Origin: Podarcis pityusensis
Lineage: Eukaryota
Direction: 5' to 3' (one strand)
Assembly (NCBI GenBank): GCA_964106645.2
Contig: OZ067043.1
Length of the DNA: 64,000 bases
Shown: positions 11,779 to 26,111 of the stretch, piece after piece
Numbering within the stretch: the first letter of the stretch is position 1
How the letters are laid out: the number at the start of each line of letters is the position of its first letter
Notes under the pieces: generated by a model
What the model saw: the letters and a program-made list of their open reading frames with translations, nothing else
What the model was told of the DNA's origin: nothing
The model's database searches: none
Position numbers and translations under genes: made by a program

Positions 11779-14110
11779 TTTATTCTATTTATTTAACAAA
11801 TTTTAAATACTGCTTGCCTGTAAGAAAACCTCTAAGTGGTTTAAAGGTAAAGGGACCCCTGACTATTGAGTTGTGGACGACTCTGGGGTTGCGGCGCTCA
11901 TCTCGCTTTACTGGCCTCTAAGTGGTTTACATAAGTATAAAATAAAGCATTAAACCTCAGTATAAGAACAGTTAAAATAGGTATTTAAAAACATGTAGAA
12001 GACTATCATAATCAACACTAGCAAAAAAAGAGAAGATGCTTATGTAGCTTCTACATGTCTGAATAGGATTGCCGAAACAAAAATGTTTTAAGCAGGTGGT
12101 GAAAATTACAGCGAAGGTACCTGCCTGATGTCAAGCAGGCAGGGAGTTCCAAAGTATAGGTGCTGCTACACAGGAAGAACAATTTCTTGTAAGTATTGAA
12201 CAAGTATTATGTGGCACCATTAATGCTGTCAGTTCTGCAGATCAAAGCAGTTGAGGGAGCATATATGGAGTAAAGTGATCTTGCAAGTAAAATGGCCCCA
12301 AGCTGTTAAGGGTTTATATTCTAATAGTAATTCCTTGAACTTGGCCTGGTAGCAAATGGGCAACTGGTGCAGAACTCCAAGCAAGGGTGTATATGCAGTA
12401 TATGCAGACAGGGTTTCATTCCTGTCAGTAACGGTGCAGTAACTAATTGCGGCTTCTGGTTCAAGTGCATGGGAAGCCCCACAAAGACTGAACTGAAGTG
12501 CACTGCAGTAATCCCATCTTGAAGTCACCAATGCTTGAACTACTGTGGCCAAGCTATCCTGGTTCAGGACTGGCTGTTGGTGTCACCCTAGTTGCATGAA
12601 GTAAAGGGCACTTCTAGCAAATGAGGCTACCTGGGCATCCACTGGCAGAACAGGTTCCAGAAGCACCCCCAAACTGCTCCTTCAGAGAGAGCGCATCCAG
12701 GGAAATCAGTTGACTAATTGCTTGGACTAAAGAATCGCTCATCCACGGTATTTCTGTCATGCCAGGATTCAAGCTTAACATATTTTCCTTCACCCATCCT
12801 ACCACTGGATCCAGGCACCAGTCCAGGGCCCGCACCACCTGCCCTGATGCAGGTGTGATGGAGAAATAGAGTGAAGTGTCATTAGGATACTGATAACTCA
12901 TTGCCCACAAACTCCTAATGATCACTCCAAGCAGGTTCATGTAAATATTAAATATCACTGGGGAAAGAATAGTGTCATCCTGCTTCATGTAAGTGCAAAG
13001 GACCACAAAGCACTCTCCCTAAAAGCATTGTCCTGTAGGTAGGACAGGAACCATTGGAATACAATGCCCTCCAATTCCCATTTGACAGTGTCAGTCCAGA
13101 AGGATACCATTGTCAATGATACTGAAAGTCGCAAACAGAGCAAGAAGAGAAAGCAAAGTTGCACTCCCCTTGTCCCACTCTTTGAAAAGATTATCCACCA
13201 GGGCAACCAAGACGCAATCCCATGGCCAGGCCTGAACCCAGACTGAAACAGACCTAAATAATCCATGACATCCAATAATGCTTGCAGCTGCCCTACCAGA
13301 ATTCTCTTCACCACCTTCCCCAATAAAGGTAGTTGCAACTGGTTGATATTCTAGTCCAAGGGGTTCAGGCCTGGTTTCCTCAGGAGAGGTTGCACCACAG
13401 CCTCTTTCAAGGGAGTAGACACCATCCCCTTACGGACTTCAGTGCCAACCATACTCTGGCCCCAAACAGTCAAACCCCCTCTGCTAGCTTTAATAAGCCA
13501 GGAGGGACAGGGATCAAGAGGATACATGGTCAGGCATACAGCCAGGACCTTGTCTACATCAGCAGACTGCATCAGCTGAAACTGATCTCACAACACATCA
13601 TTGACTATGGCACTGGGTATTTCATCTAGAACTGCAATAACCGCAGAATTAAGGTCACTCTGAAGTCAAGTGACTTTATCCTCAAAATATATAGCCAGTT
13701 GGTCACAGTAGGTCCTCTAATGCTCCAGAGGTCCTTCCCCCTCTGTGGAAGTCAGTAACATTCAGAATGTTTGAAATAATTCCACTGGCCAGTGACTAGA
13801 GAATGCAATGCAAGCTGTGAATGAGCCTTCTTTGCAACTTGCATGCACTGCCACATGGTTGGCACAGTTACTGCACTAACCAGCGTTCAGTCAGCTTCAG
13901 AGTGAGACTTGTGTCACTTGCACTCTAGTCTTCATTCTGCTTGCTTCATAGCCCGAAGCTCTCTAGAATACCAAGGAGCTGCCCTAGCTCCACAACGCCA
14001 TAGAGGATGCTCAGGAGCGAATATGTCAACCACTCATTTCATCTCACTACTCCATAGTGAAGCATCAACAGGATTGTTCAGACTGTTTAGGAATTCCTCA
14101 AGAATTCAGG
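11779..14110 (-). mobile_element. Decayed non-LTR retrotransposon (L2/CR1 clade) ORF2 remnant
   Basis: Broken RT fragments (LDPCPSWLIK, LKEAVVQPLLRKPGL, LPLLGKVVKR...FQSGFRPGHG, LSPVIFNIYM, VVQALVTSRWDYC) with many stops and frameshifts; AT-rich 3' tail near 11780. The 5' boundary is approximate. Confidence 0.85.
11844..11914 (-). mobile_element. 5'-truncated Sauria SINE-like insertion with 15-bp TSD
   Basis: ACCTTT-type tail (plus-strand AAAGGTAAAG); perfect TSD CCTCTAAGTGGTTTA at 11829-11843 and 11915-11929. Confidence 0.8.
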
Positions 14111-14696
14111 AGCTCCTCAAGTTCCTTTAGTCTCGGAGAGTGGGCCATCCAAATAGGCCTACTTTACTACTAATTACTACTAATGTTGACAAGGGACTGA
14201 ATTGCACCCCCACCACCACCAAAAAAAGTTTGATCTATCCCTCATATCACTTGGGCTAAAGACAACATCAAGATTGTGCCCTGCCTGATGTGTTGGACCA
14301 ACAACCATTTAAAACAGTCCCATGGGGCTCTGCCACTGGGCTACAGGGCAGTTGATAGACCAGTTACATTCCCAGTTAGCCACACAACTCCAGCTATACT
14401 TTCCCCTGCCCATCACCACTGAAAGTGGGGGAACATATTCACAACTCCTTCCTACCTGCCCATCCAGACACATCCTGGCACCATAATCCAATGTCATACT
14501 ATACAGCTGGGCAATTAAGGCCACAGATAAACAAAGGTCCAGTAGTGGGCACATCCCACACTTTCAGATGGAAGGTAGTAACTTCATAACAACTCTCCTT
14601 ATGCTGTCTCTCACTCAGAGGGAACCCACCAAACCAAGTTTCTCCTCTTCCTGGCTTTCACAGGCCTGCTTTCCACATTCTCATTTTCAGTATCCT

Positions 14697-15058
14697 AGAA
14701 TCATAGAATTGTAGAGTTCGAAGGAACCCTTAGTGTCATCTAGTCCAACCCCCTGCAATGCAGGGATCATAGCTGAGAAACCCTTAACATATCCTTGACC
14801 ATCCAACCTCTGAGGTAGTCAATTCCATAATTGAATAGCTCTTACCACCAGAAAGTTCTTTCTCATGTTTAGACAGAATCTCCCTTCCTGTAATTTGAAT
14901 CCACTGCTTTGGGTCCTACCCCCGGGAGCAGCAGAAAACAAGTTTGTTCCATCTTCCATGCAACAGCCCTTCAGATATTTGAAGATGGGTATCATATCAC
15001 CTCTCAATCTTCACTTCTCCAGGCTAAACATACCCAACTCCCTCAACCATTCCTCATA
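14697..15058 (-). mobile_element. CR1 LINE 3' fragment
   Basis: ORF2 C-terminus (RGDMIPIFKYLKG...GGRTQSSGFKLQEGRF.LNMRKNFLVVRAIQLWN) and ATTCTATGATTCTA tail. Confidence 0.9.
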
Positions 15059-17109
15059 AGGCTTTGGGGATACCCTGCCACAGCTGATGTGTGAATCTGC
15101 ACACATCAGATTCTGCATCTACACTCCAGCTATGTCCACTCAACTAGCATTCAAGCAGTACCACTCACTGCAATCAGCACAAACACTCTCTAACCTGAAG
15201 GCAGAGATCTAACAGGACAAAAACTGCGTGGTCATCCTGTAGATTTGCTCTCCTGCTGATGAAGCAGCCGCCTATATAAAGATGCTTGCCAATCCCACCT
15301 ATCCCCCCCCCCCCACATCTCCATACCTTCCCCATTAACCCCTTACACCAAGAGTGGGCAAGTGTTCTGGGTCCCACCCCACATGCTAGCTTTGACAAGT
15401 AGGGAGAGCAACCCACCTGCCACGCACATGACATTATTATGGTATCACATGATTGTTCCACCCTCCTTTCAAAATCCCTTGTGGGGCTTCCAAGCACTTG
15501 CTGCTGCTGAAGGAAGCCACAGAGAAGCCTGCATTTTAAAATGCAGCCAGTGGTCCAGGGCTGCTGCAGCCTGTTCCAACTGTCCCTCCGCAGCTCACTT
15601 CCCTTCATCATACTATAATTCACAGAGCCACCTATCTGTGCCCAATCAAACTTCAGGGTGATGGCATTCTTGCATATTTATGATATGTAAGCTATATTAA
15701 ACTGTATTTATTATTTTCTCAATATAATTGCTGCTTTTTGAATAAAACCTGTAAATGGCATTACAGACATCAGGAAATTCTGATTTATTTCTGCCTTAAA
15801 TGCTTGTTTCCTTACCTTCTTAGTCGCCCTTCTCCAATCTGTTATCCTCCAAAAGCTTCAGACTACAACTTCTTTCATTCTTGACTGTTGGTCATGCTGA
15901 CAGGGGCTGATGGGAGTGAATTCAAATCACTAGAGGACACACCAGGCTGAGGAAAGCTGTTCAATGCTGTTAAACCCAGATTTACAGCAGAAGTCTAACC
16001 ATGTCTACTCAGAAATAAGTCCAATTGAGTTCAATGAAGCTTACGCTCAGGTAAGTTGGGTTAAGACTGTAGCCTTACTTTCTTTTGCAAGTGGCCCATG
16101 CTTTGTATTCTGAACGAAAGCCTATGCTGAAGTTTCATATAAGTTAATTTTATTTTTCAAGAACTTCCAGCCAGAAGCTAGTAGGTTCCTCTCCTTCTCT
16201 GTTTTCCTAGGCACAGAGAGAAACTGCCACTCACACCAACAATTCAGCTTTGTACTGGTAGCATTGCAGTCTAGGCTGCACTCATCCAAGACAGCTGGAA
16301 AAGTGTTTAGCAACCCTTTTGCCCCCTCTACAGATGCCTTGAGATTGCTGACTGAACAGTGAGAAATCTGGAACTATTAACTTTACAGAGTTGCATTTTC
16401 TCACCTCATTTGCCAGTCATATCAACACTTTCCTGTCTGGCACCCAAATACATTTTCAGTGTGCAAAACTAAAACACCTGCGGATGAACAGATGGCCCTG
16501 CAACACTAAGACTCTCAGACACTATGCCTATGAGAGAGTAAGAGTCATATCATTGTACACCAACAAACGATGGCACCAAGGCCAACAAGGCAGTGCTAAG
16601 TCATAACAAAATCTACCGTACCATCCATTCTGCCAAGGACAAAGTCTCCTGAAGAGATCAGAACCAGAGGCTTCAGAGCAAGTTCCAAGGGCATCATGGC
16701 AGGTTCCCTTATCCCTGGAAAAGGTTCCAGTTTAACAACAACATGGGTAATAAAATAAGATGAAAACACTTATTAAAATTCCTGCCTCTTAAAATCTTAA
16801 ATCTAACCACTGGAAGTCAACCCCCAAAAGGGTGATTTCCCAATGCTTCTCAAAAGTGCTGAAGCTTGATCAATCTCAAAATAACAGAACTTCCAAATTA
16901 ATGTTGCAGCCACCAAGCATACCTTGCTTCCAAACAATCAAGAGGGCCTTCTTGGCTGATCTAAGATGTATCTTTATATTTTAAGATTACAGAAAATGTG
17001 AGGAGTCGTATATGTCTACTTATTTCAGAGTGAAGAAAGGAGAGAATCTCGAAAAGGTTAACTTCAGGCAGAGGTGCCTCCAACAATAATTTGTCAGACT
17101 TTAAGAATA

Positions 17110-17335
17110 CAGTGGTACCTCAGGTTAAGAACTTAATTTGTTCCGGAGGTCTGTTCTTAACCTGAAACTGTTCTTAACCTGAAGCACCACTTTAGCTAAT
17201 GGGGCCTCCTACTGCCGCTGTGCCGCCAGAGCACGATTTCTGTTCTCATCCTGAAGCAAAGTTCTTAACCCGAGGTACTATTTCTGGGTTAGCGGAGTCT
17301 GTAACCTGAAGCGTATGTAACCTGAGGTAACACTG
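17110..17335. mobile_element. Tc1/mariner-type MITE (same family as 5203)
   Basis: Same TIRs and internal sequence, TA flanks. Confidence 0.85.
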
Positions 17336-18208
17336 TAGTGGCCATTTTTTCACAAGCGTGAATTTAGAACTAATCCAGAATAACAAAACAAGTGAGGATT
17401 AGAATCTAAACCACACTTTACAGAGCAGTTGCTAGAAACTCCATCAGTAAAGAGGAAAAACAAGACAATGTCATAGGAACGTATTTTTTTCACAAGGAAG
17501 TTCAAAGCTCTGTGTAGAAACTTCTCTATGAGTCATTCATGAAGAAGGAAGAAAGGCTTTCTATAGAAATCTAGAGATTTTTCCTGTGGAAATTTTAGCA
17601 TGCTTACACCTAGGGGAATTTTTTTATGGTGAATACTTTAAATATATCTATATATATAAAATAAAGAAATGCATATTCAAGCCAACAATTCAAAAATTGC
17701 TCTTCTGGTAATAAGGGGTTTGGGGAGTTCCTTCATGCAACAAAGTGGGTTTGATGAAAAACCCCTCAAGTCTGGAGCATTTAATTGCAGTATTACAAAA
17801 GACAGGTCCAAACCTCCTCCAATCAGAGCGGTCTATAAATCTTGTCTCTTCAGAAGTAAGATTACTTTAGATAACACTGTGAGGATTAAAAACTGAGCAA
17901 ACAACAGGAGACAATTCTGTTAATGATTTTCACAGGGATTAGTAAGGCATAATAGCTCTCCCACATTTCTCAGGGCAGTGTATTTTTTTCTCCCCTCCCC
18001 GTCCCAAAAAAGACATCAATCACTGTTACTGGTTTTTGAGTCCAAAACAAGAAATATGTTGGAATTGATGGATTGTCAAAAGGTATTAAGAAAGAGTTGC
18101 CAAGAAAAGCGACTTCACCTGTCATAAAAGCGAACACAGAATGAAGTGGCAGCAAAAATGGCAGGATCTCACTAGCCTGTACTTGTCTTCAGAAATCTCA
18201 GATTTTTC

Positions 18209-18211
<3 letters not shown>

Positions 18212-18244
<33 letters not shown>
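18212..18244. repeat. (TA)n microsatellite
   Basis: Direct reading. Confidence 0.95.
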
Positions 18245-18246
<2 letters not shown>

Positions 18247-21155
18247 GAAAAACATTTACACATCAAATAAAAAATGATGGTGGGAGGATGGGGCAGTAGA
18301 GGAGACAAAGAAAGGCTTTGCTCCTATTAATGTTCAACATCAGTATTTTGATCACCACTTGGGACTCTCATTTGCTCACCAACCCTGCCAAACCCCACAC
18401 TGTATTGACAACTCCCATCACCCCAACACCCTTACAGCTCCTTCACCCCAACACCCCCATATACCCATCACAACCCACCCGGTTTCCAATCTCTGTCTCA
18501 CAGTTTGTCCAAAACTCGTGCCTCCTCCAACATTTCACCCTAGTCTCAAGATCCGCTGTCACCGTCAATCACAGAGAAGAGGGGCATGAAGAGAAGAGAG
18601 CTTTCCCCTCTTTCAGCACGCACCACTTTCACTGGCAGAAGAAAGCGTGCATTTATAAATGGACACTTCTTTCTGGTGGCAGTGAACTAAGGGGAGAATG
18701 TTTTCAACCTGTAGCAGCAGTGGCGACGATGACAGGGAGCACCCCTTCAGCTTGTCTCCCCTCATTGTCCCCGCATGAAACCAAGCTAGGAGGCAGCGGG
18801 TGGCTGCAACAACAACAGGAGGGACATGTGAATGCCCACCTGGGCCACCCACCTACCCACTTGCTTGCTCTGCAGGCCTGTTTACTCATGCTACTGACCT
18901 GCCTGCTTTGGTCACTCACTCTGCCCGCTGTTGTTGTGTTGCAATTTATGTGGTTGCCAACTGGCAGTCACACAAATTGCAGTGTGAAAAACTTTCTCGT
19001 ATATAGGAAGATATAAAATGCCCCTACTCGGAAGCATCTGTTAAAAATAGGTTTGGTTACTCCTGAAAGCTAGTATCTTATTTCCTATTTTAAAGCAACA
19101 CAAAAGGCCCATGAGAAAGTTTTCCTGCCAGGGTGTAACCCTATCTGTACATCTGAAGAGCAGCATCTCTTCCCAGTCAGCTCTCTTGCCAGCATCAAGG
19201 CCGCATATGGAAAACAGAATGAAGCTTTTTTGTCAATAAATACAAATAAGACCATGGTCATATACTCAACTCAGAAATGTAATGAATGTGGGAACAGACT
19301 GCGATATAGTTATACTAAGAGTAAAGACAGCAAGAAGACCCATGGGGTTCCTTCCAACTCTATAAATCTAAGATTAATTGGTTATGGTTTATATCCTTCT
19401 ATTTCCCCAAGAAATGCAGATCAGAATACCAGATGTTTTGGTGGTGGAGTTTTAAGTAAGAAATTATTTATAAGGGCCTTGAGAAGTCATTTCAAGAGCA
19501 GCAAAGGCTTTTCCAGAGAGGGCAGTTCTGAACTTTGACAAATGGATGCTTTTCTCTTTGGTAGACTTTTAGCATGTCTCCGTTATATGGTCTTTGCCCA
19601 GCCAAATTCACCACAGATGCTGACCATTTGATTGGGCATCTGTTCCTGCACTCTGCATGTTTCTTAAAGACTGTACACCACCAGGGCAGTGTTTCTGAAA
19701 TGATAATGTTGATCCTCTCAGAGGATGGGAAAGGACAGCGAAACTCCAAAGAAAAGGGCTTTATCTTGCAGATTGTTTTGTTTCAGATACAAACAAAATT
19801 CCAGCTGTGAAAAGAAAGGATAGGACTTTCTCTAGTATGTGACAACTAAAGAGGAACTGAATGGGTGAGTCTTATATGCCTTAATAGAGTTGATGGGTGG
19901 GTACTAAAAATTTTAGTCAACAGAAGGGATGAACATGTCACAGTCGTCTTTGAAAGATGGGCCATGTACATGCACAGATCCTATATATGGGTTGGCAAAC
20001 AGAGACACTTAAAAGAATAACAGTTGCAAGTAACTGCATCACTATTGTAAATTTATATACCATGTCCTTCTCCAAGGAATGGTGGCTTTAAAAAAAACAA
20101 ATAGTGAAATCAGAGTAGATCTATTGAAATTAATGGACCCAATTCAGTCATGTTTCAGTGGATCTACTCTGAGGAAAACTCAGTTGAATATCACCCATTG
20201 CTTAAAAAAATAGAACGTAATGTAAACCTCCAAAGCCTCAAAGATAATCAGTTTTCAATTGTGCCCAGCATCTGTTTACTACTGAATATTTTGATGACTT
20301 TGCTGTATGCACTATACAGCAGTTTTCACAACAATGGCAATATCTCTAAGTATCATAATTGATGTTTCATCAGCATTCTCACCTTAATAGCTCTACTTGA
20401 CCTGTGAAATTGCTCTGTGGGAACCACAATTTCCTGCTGAGTCTGTTTGGAATGTTACGCTGCTTTTCAATTTTAGATTTTAATGCTCAGTCTCTAAAAG
20501 AAGAAAGACAGTACATTGCCAACACCTAAAATCCTACAACATCTTCCACATTAAAATGGCCATATTCTAAGTGTTCAGCTACTTAGAAAGAGAAATGCCA
20601 CTGCTTTACTTTAATAGCATATTATTACCAGGTGCTCAAATATAATCTGCTATGGTGAGAAACTGTTATACTAATGTTGCATGCTCACCAAAAAGTTCAG
20701 AAAATCACACTGCAGGGTTTCATTTCATTCGGGTGAGATGGAACACAGCTGATCTGTGTCTCTGAACAAAGGCAGAGCCTATTGAAAGCAGCCTCAGCAG
20801 AAACCCGATGCTGATATACTGAGCTTAATTAACACAGTTGCTTTGAAAGATTCAGGGCAGTGGCATGTTGAACTACCTTCCATGAGAATTTTCATAACAA
20901 AACTCACACCACTTATTCATGATCCTGCAGCTCAAACAAACAGAACCGAGAATAGATCAGAGGCCACTCACACGTCTCCAGCCTAGATCTCTGTACGCCC
21001 TAACACAGCGTCTCCTTTTCCAAATGCTAAGAAAACAGAAATTAAGGTCTTACTGACTCCAAGCAATATATTGTCCCTACATTACAGAACCCTAAACATC
21101 CTCTTGCCTGCACACTGGCCGCAGTATATTAAAACCATGAAAAACAGCAACTCAC

Positions 21156-21189
21156 CCGCCAGGAGAATTCAGCAGACTGCCTGCAGCAT
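21156..21189 (-). other. Possible alternative non-coding exon
   Basis: Strong donor GCGG|GTGAGT at 21155 and a weaker acceptor CTCCTTTCAG at 21190. It could instead be the 3' end of an alternative first exon. Confidence 0.3.
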
Positions 21190-21933
21190 CTGAAAGGAGC
21201 ATGTGACTTTTGTGTACTTCTCTATCGCTCCGCCTCTGCCTCTGCCACCTGCTCAGAGTGTTTATGGAATTGCTGGCCAAGAAAATAGCACAGCTACTGC
21301 TTCATGACTGCACTCAAATTCCTTGCCCTTTCTCAGTACAGTTTTAGAAGAGGGTTGTACATGAAGCCAGGGGAAGCAGGGAGTCCCCAGAAAATTCACT
21401 GGTGGTGTTACAAGTCAGTAATTCAGACCCATGTCATGATCAGGGTGCAGGAGGCTTCTTTTGAATTGAGGCAGTGGCCACCCACAGTGACCCAGAGCAT
21501 ATATACCAGTTTTGCTCCCCACCCCAACATACACACTTTTTCATTCATGTTTATAAAGTTCCTGAAAGGAGCTTTTGAAATAAAAATCAGAAAAGTAAAA
21601 CAGGCGGAAGCTGTTCTTTTGCCATGGAAATGACACAGTCACTACACCACTCCCTGCTATTATGCCAAATGTAGGTAATACAGAGAAGATAAGCAGGCAG
21701 GTTTCAGAGTGAGCTCTCCCTCTTTGAACAGGGTGTTGGAACTTGTAAATCTCCCATGACTACCAACTAGAAATGAGAAGGGAATGTAGTTTTCTGAACC
21801 AGACCGATGACCACAAACACAAGCCAGAATTATCATTCATCCCATACCTACTATTCACTGAAAAGCCTCCTGATGTTTATTGTTTAAAGATACCTTAATT
21901 ACAAGGCTCTGAGTATCTAATGCTTTCAAGATC

Positions 21934-21935
<2 letters not shown>

Positions 21936-21999
<64 letters not shown>
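21936..21999. repeat. Compound (CA)n(GA)n microsatellite
   Basis: Direct reading. Confidence 0.95.
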
Positions 22000-22002
<3 letters not shown>

Positions 22003-22445
22003 TTAATGTCACCTCATTAGAGAATCAAAAATCTTTAACCAACTGACTAATCTAGGGCAGAGGTGGTCAAAGTGTAGGACTCCAAATGCTCGGACTACAA
22101 CTTGTATCAGCCCCAAGCATTGGACATACTGGCTGAATCTGATGGGAACTGTAGTGCAAAACATCTGTAAAGCCACTGGTTAGCCACCCTAATCAAGATG
22201 GGTTTTTTTATTTTTAAAAAAGACAACAGGGCAAATTACCACTAAAATCTCTCTAATTTCACAATATCATTAAATAATCTTGTATCAAACATATTGCCAG
22301 CAAGTAATTTTAACCACCTCTCTCTAAGTCTCTCTTTCCATGCCAGAAAAACAATAATCCTACCCTCAGTAGGAATGAGAAGAGTTATACCATTCTAACT
22401 CATGATATATCCAGAACACATGAACACACACACTACTGTAACTCA

Positions 22446-22452
<7 letters not shown>

Positions 22453-22493
<41 letters not shown>
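22453..22493. repeat. (CA)n microsatellite
   Basis: Direct reading. Confidence 0.95.
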
Positions 22494-22495
<2 letters not shown>

Positions 22496-22794
22496 CCCAA
22501 TCTTGCCTTTTCTCATGGAGATGGATAAAGCAGGTGCTAACCTGCATGCCATTCCTAAAGTTCTTCAAAATCACCTTGACTCATCAGACTGAGGCAGATA
22601 AAGGATTCAAGACGTAGCTGAACTGGCACACACTGACCACCCTGCACCCAGCTTTTGCAGAAGCTAGTGGATCCAAATGTGCTGTTCTAGCCAACTCCTT
22701 TTTCCTGGCCAAAACTGGTAAGTCTGCCCAGCAATAATTATATGGATCTTCCTAACCATATTCCTTCACCTACAATGGTTTATTTTATTGACCG

Positions 22795-23005
22795 ATTGCA
22801 TTTATATCCCACCTTTGTCTCCAAGGAGTTCAAGGCGGCGTACATGGCTCCCCCAACCACCCTCATCATTTTATCCCCACAACAAGCTTGGGGTGTAGGT
22901 TAGGCTAAGATACAGTGAGTGGCCCAAGATCACACACTGAGCTTCATGACTGAGTGGGGATTTGAACCCTGGTCTCCTAGGTCCTAGTCCAACACTCTAA
23001 GCACC
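22795..23005 (-). mobile_element. tRNA-derived squamate SINE
   Basis: B-box-like GGTTCAAATCCC in a tRNA-like head on the minus strand, with an AT-rich tail. Confidence 0.65.
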
Positions 23006-25722
23006 ACCACACCCCATACACAATTTAAACATGAACACACAGAGCATCTGCCAGGTTGCAGGGTTAGTTTCTGGGTGTGAAGGGTGCAGATGGCTTCCCA
23101 TTTGCTGCTTCGTGGAAGCACATGATGTGTAGAAGAAATGCAGTCACACACTGTTTAGTGCACAGGGAAGCCGTCCTCTCGCAGGCAGCACCTGCATTTG
23201 GCCTTGGGCTCTAAGTGCACTGAGTGGTCTCTACATCTTGCCACCTGCATGCACAAACAATAGGCAGCACAGTGCCCTCTGTCGTCTAAATTGCTTATGC
23301 TCTTGTCACTGAGTGAACTATACTACATGTGCATCTTTAAAAGAATCCTGCATTACAAGAGCCGTTCACAATTAATCCTGTGTATTTGTCGCAACACAAG
23401 TATATTTTCAAAACTGGTAATTCGCCTTAAGAGTAAAAGGGTGCAATTTCTATTAAAGCATTTTGTTACTCTCCCAAACACAAAGCAATCCAAGCACACT
23501 AAATATCACTGCTTCTCAACCAGTTCAGAAATTCATTCTTCTCCCCTTCTGTTGCCCACTGGTGAATAGGAATATTTGGATTTTACTCTTCATCCCCAGC
23601 AAAAAGGCAACAGCAGGGTCACTGTTCCTACTCTGGAAGTGCTTGCAGTGGTATGACAGGGATTTTGTATCCCCATTTCAGGCTTTTGTTTTTACAGAGG
23701 GTGTGATCCATGCACAAAACTTGTTCTATCATGAGTATCACTTCTTGAAGGAATCTGCCTTGTGATTACAGTGTAACAAAGGGCACTCTAAAAGTTTGGC
23801 ATTTTCTTTACAAAAGCAACAAAATAAACAATCATTTCGCAATCAATATCAAGCTACATATTCATATTTAAAAGGCGTCTGTTTATTTATTTGCTTCCTG
23901 CCCTTTATTATAAAGTCCCTTTACAACCATAAAAATATACAATTATAAAACAAGTAAAACAGTTATAAACATAAAGCAAGATAAGTAAAAACACTTCCAT
24001 TTAGAAAAAGTTAAAAACAATTCCACAAATTAAAAACAGTTTCAATATAGTTCTAATACAGATGCATTCATTTTACAGCAACTATAGAAGTGAAATCTAT
24101 TGTACCCTGCCCCTAGGATGTTGGGATGAAAGGCAGGTTGAATACCCTTAATAAATAACAATTCTTCCTTCTTCTAATAAAATATGACAAGTCCAATGAA
24201 GATACAATGGTGATATGATTAAGACAATATTAAATTATAGAAATAAATCTTCTGCAATAAACAGTTTTGTTACCATCATAAAGTTAAAGATTAAAGTAAA
24301 TGTAAGAGTGAGTTTAAGATTCCATTTTGGATATACATTATATCATTTTTGCTGTTATCCAGATTATGTTCTTGTATTTTATTGTTGGGCCTTATTATGA
24401 ATTATCAATGGACTAATTTTAATGCATATTTGCTAACATGATTTTTTTCATTAGGCTGTTGTTTATATGACTATTTAAATTTTGTTATGTATTGTAATTG
24501 TTAGTGAATTATCTTACATAAACTTTTTGATGTGAGCCATTTTGAGGATGGTTCAGCATGGAAAAGTGGCATACAAATAAATAATGGTGGCAATAATAAA
24601 CAGAAAGCTACTTGGGATTTCTTTTAGGTTTCAGATGCTCCACTTCATTCCAGCTAATCTCCATATACCACAAAACAATGACAATGGTCCATGCTAATTC
24701 TTTCAGCACACCACTGGGTCAGCATAGGCGAGACAAGATCACATTGCACAAAATTCCAGGAAACATAGTAGCTCCTCCATTTACTCAAACATTAATTTAC
24801 AACCTTTAGCTTTACTGAACTGGCAGTGTGGGAATGCCTTAAATATGAACAGATGAGTTTGCAGAAGAGCACAAACAAAACCACTATAATTTTCTGTCCT
24901 CATTTCTGAAAGGCTACACAGAGGGTGGAGTTGTGCATTATATCAAACCTGGTAAAGCCAGGGAAATACATGACTTATACCTGGTACTAAGAAACAACAG
25001 CCTTGTCTTAACCAAGGTAACTAGGCTTGTGAATCAGTCAGCTAAGCCTTCCAAAGATAGGCAGTGACAGTATTTACAAACTATATGTGAATCCTTTTCA
25101 TGCAGCAGAATTGCACAGAAAGGTATTCAACTAGGTTTCAATGAAAGTAGACCCATTAAAATTAGCTGACTTTATACAGTCATGTTCATTAATTTCAATG
25201 GGTCTACTCTGAGCGAAACTTAGTTAATTACCACCCATATCATTTAATGAACAGGATTTGGAACAATTTCAGGGACTGACAGTATTTTACAAAAACACAG
25301 GAAAGCATCAGTATCTAACATGCACTCATTTAAATGCTAATAATTCTTCTTTTTCACAGAGGGAGTGCTGTAAGATACAGAGAATAAACTACCAAACATG
25401 AGTAGAATTTAGCAGCATGCTACCCACAACTCCAACTCACACTCTAACTCCATAATACTCTAAAGCACAGATTAAAACAGAAGGTTAATATACATTCTCT
25501 CGTTTATTACTGTATTTCACAGATAACACTGAGAGATATCTTGTTCATTTATATTTGTCAGCTGTTCAAACAATAAGAAGTACTATTATCACATGCAGAA
25601 TATGAAACCAACAGAATCTGAAAACAACCCCCACATCCATTGCTGGGACTTTCCAGAGTATAATCCAATATATAATCAAATATACCTAGAACCCCCAAAC
25701 TGAGATTTTAAGAGCAGGTTAC

Positions 25723-25813
25723 CTCTTTTGACCAAATTTCTCCGTTCACCTGTTGGTGAAAGCCAACCTGTCGTTACCATGTCAGCATGAAGGAAGTCCC
25801 AGGTGGAAAGAAA
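25723..25813 (-). other. PPARD: Non-coding 5' UTR exon 2 of the CpG-island gene (probably PPARD)
   Basis: Acceptor TTTTGCTCTCTTGCAG| and donor GAG|GTAAC define a 91-nt exon. It contains GGCTTTCACCAACAGGTGAA, resembling recalled human PPARD exon 2 (GGCTTCTGCTCACCAACAGATGAA). Confidence 0.65.
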
Positions 25814-25976
25814 CTGCAAGAGAGCAAAACACGTTTCAACTCCATGCATAAACGGCACCAAAAAAAAGGTTGCAATTTGAAGCACATGTGAAGAAAAATG
25901 TACTGAACTGGGCTTCATTCCAAACAAGTAAACAGAGCTTTAGGATTTGCTTTAGATAAACAGAGAGAGATAAACA

Positions 25977-26111
25977 CATAGAGGGATGAGGAACCTGTGG
26001 CCCTCCAGATCCTCTTGGATTACATTTTGCATCATCAACAACCACACTGGTTGTGGCTGATGGTAGATGGAGTCCAACAACATCTGGAGGCCCACAAACT
26101 CCCCCATCCTA
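25977..26111. mobile_element. Palindromic hAT-like MITE; related copies near 15855, 22060, 27160 and 59072
   Basis: Inverted ends GGAACCTGTGGCCCTCCAGAT...ATCTGGAGGCCCACA, recurring in the window. Confidence 0.6.

Noticed and set aside
8200-11780. Proviral LTRs, gag or pol around env
   Set aside because: I saw no matching direct repeats, PBS/PPT or integrase motifs by eye. The RT fragments at 12.2-13.6 kb are non-LTR (LINE) type.
18318-19016. 232-aa plus-strand ORF
   Set aside because: Non-ATG start, no recognisable motifs, and patchy composition typical of intronic or decayed-repeat DNA.
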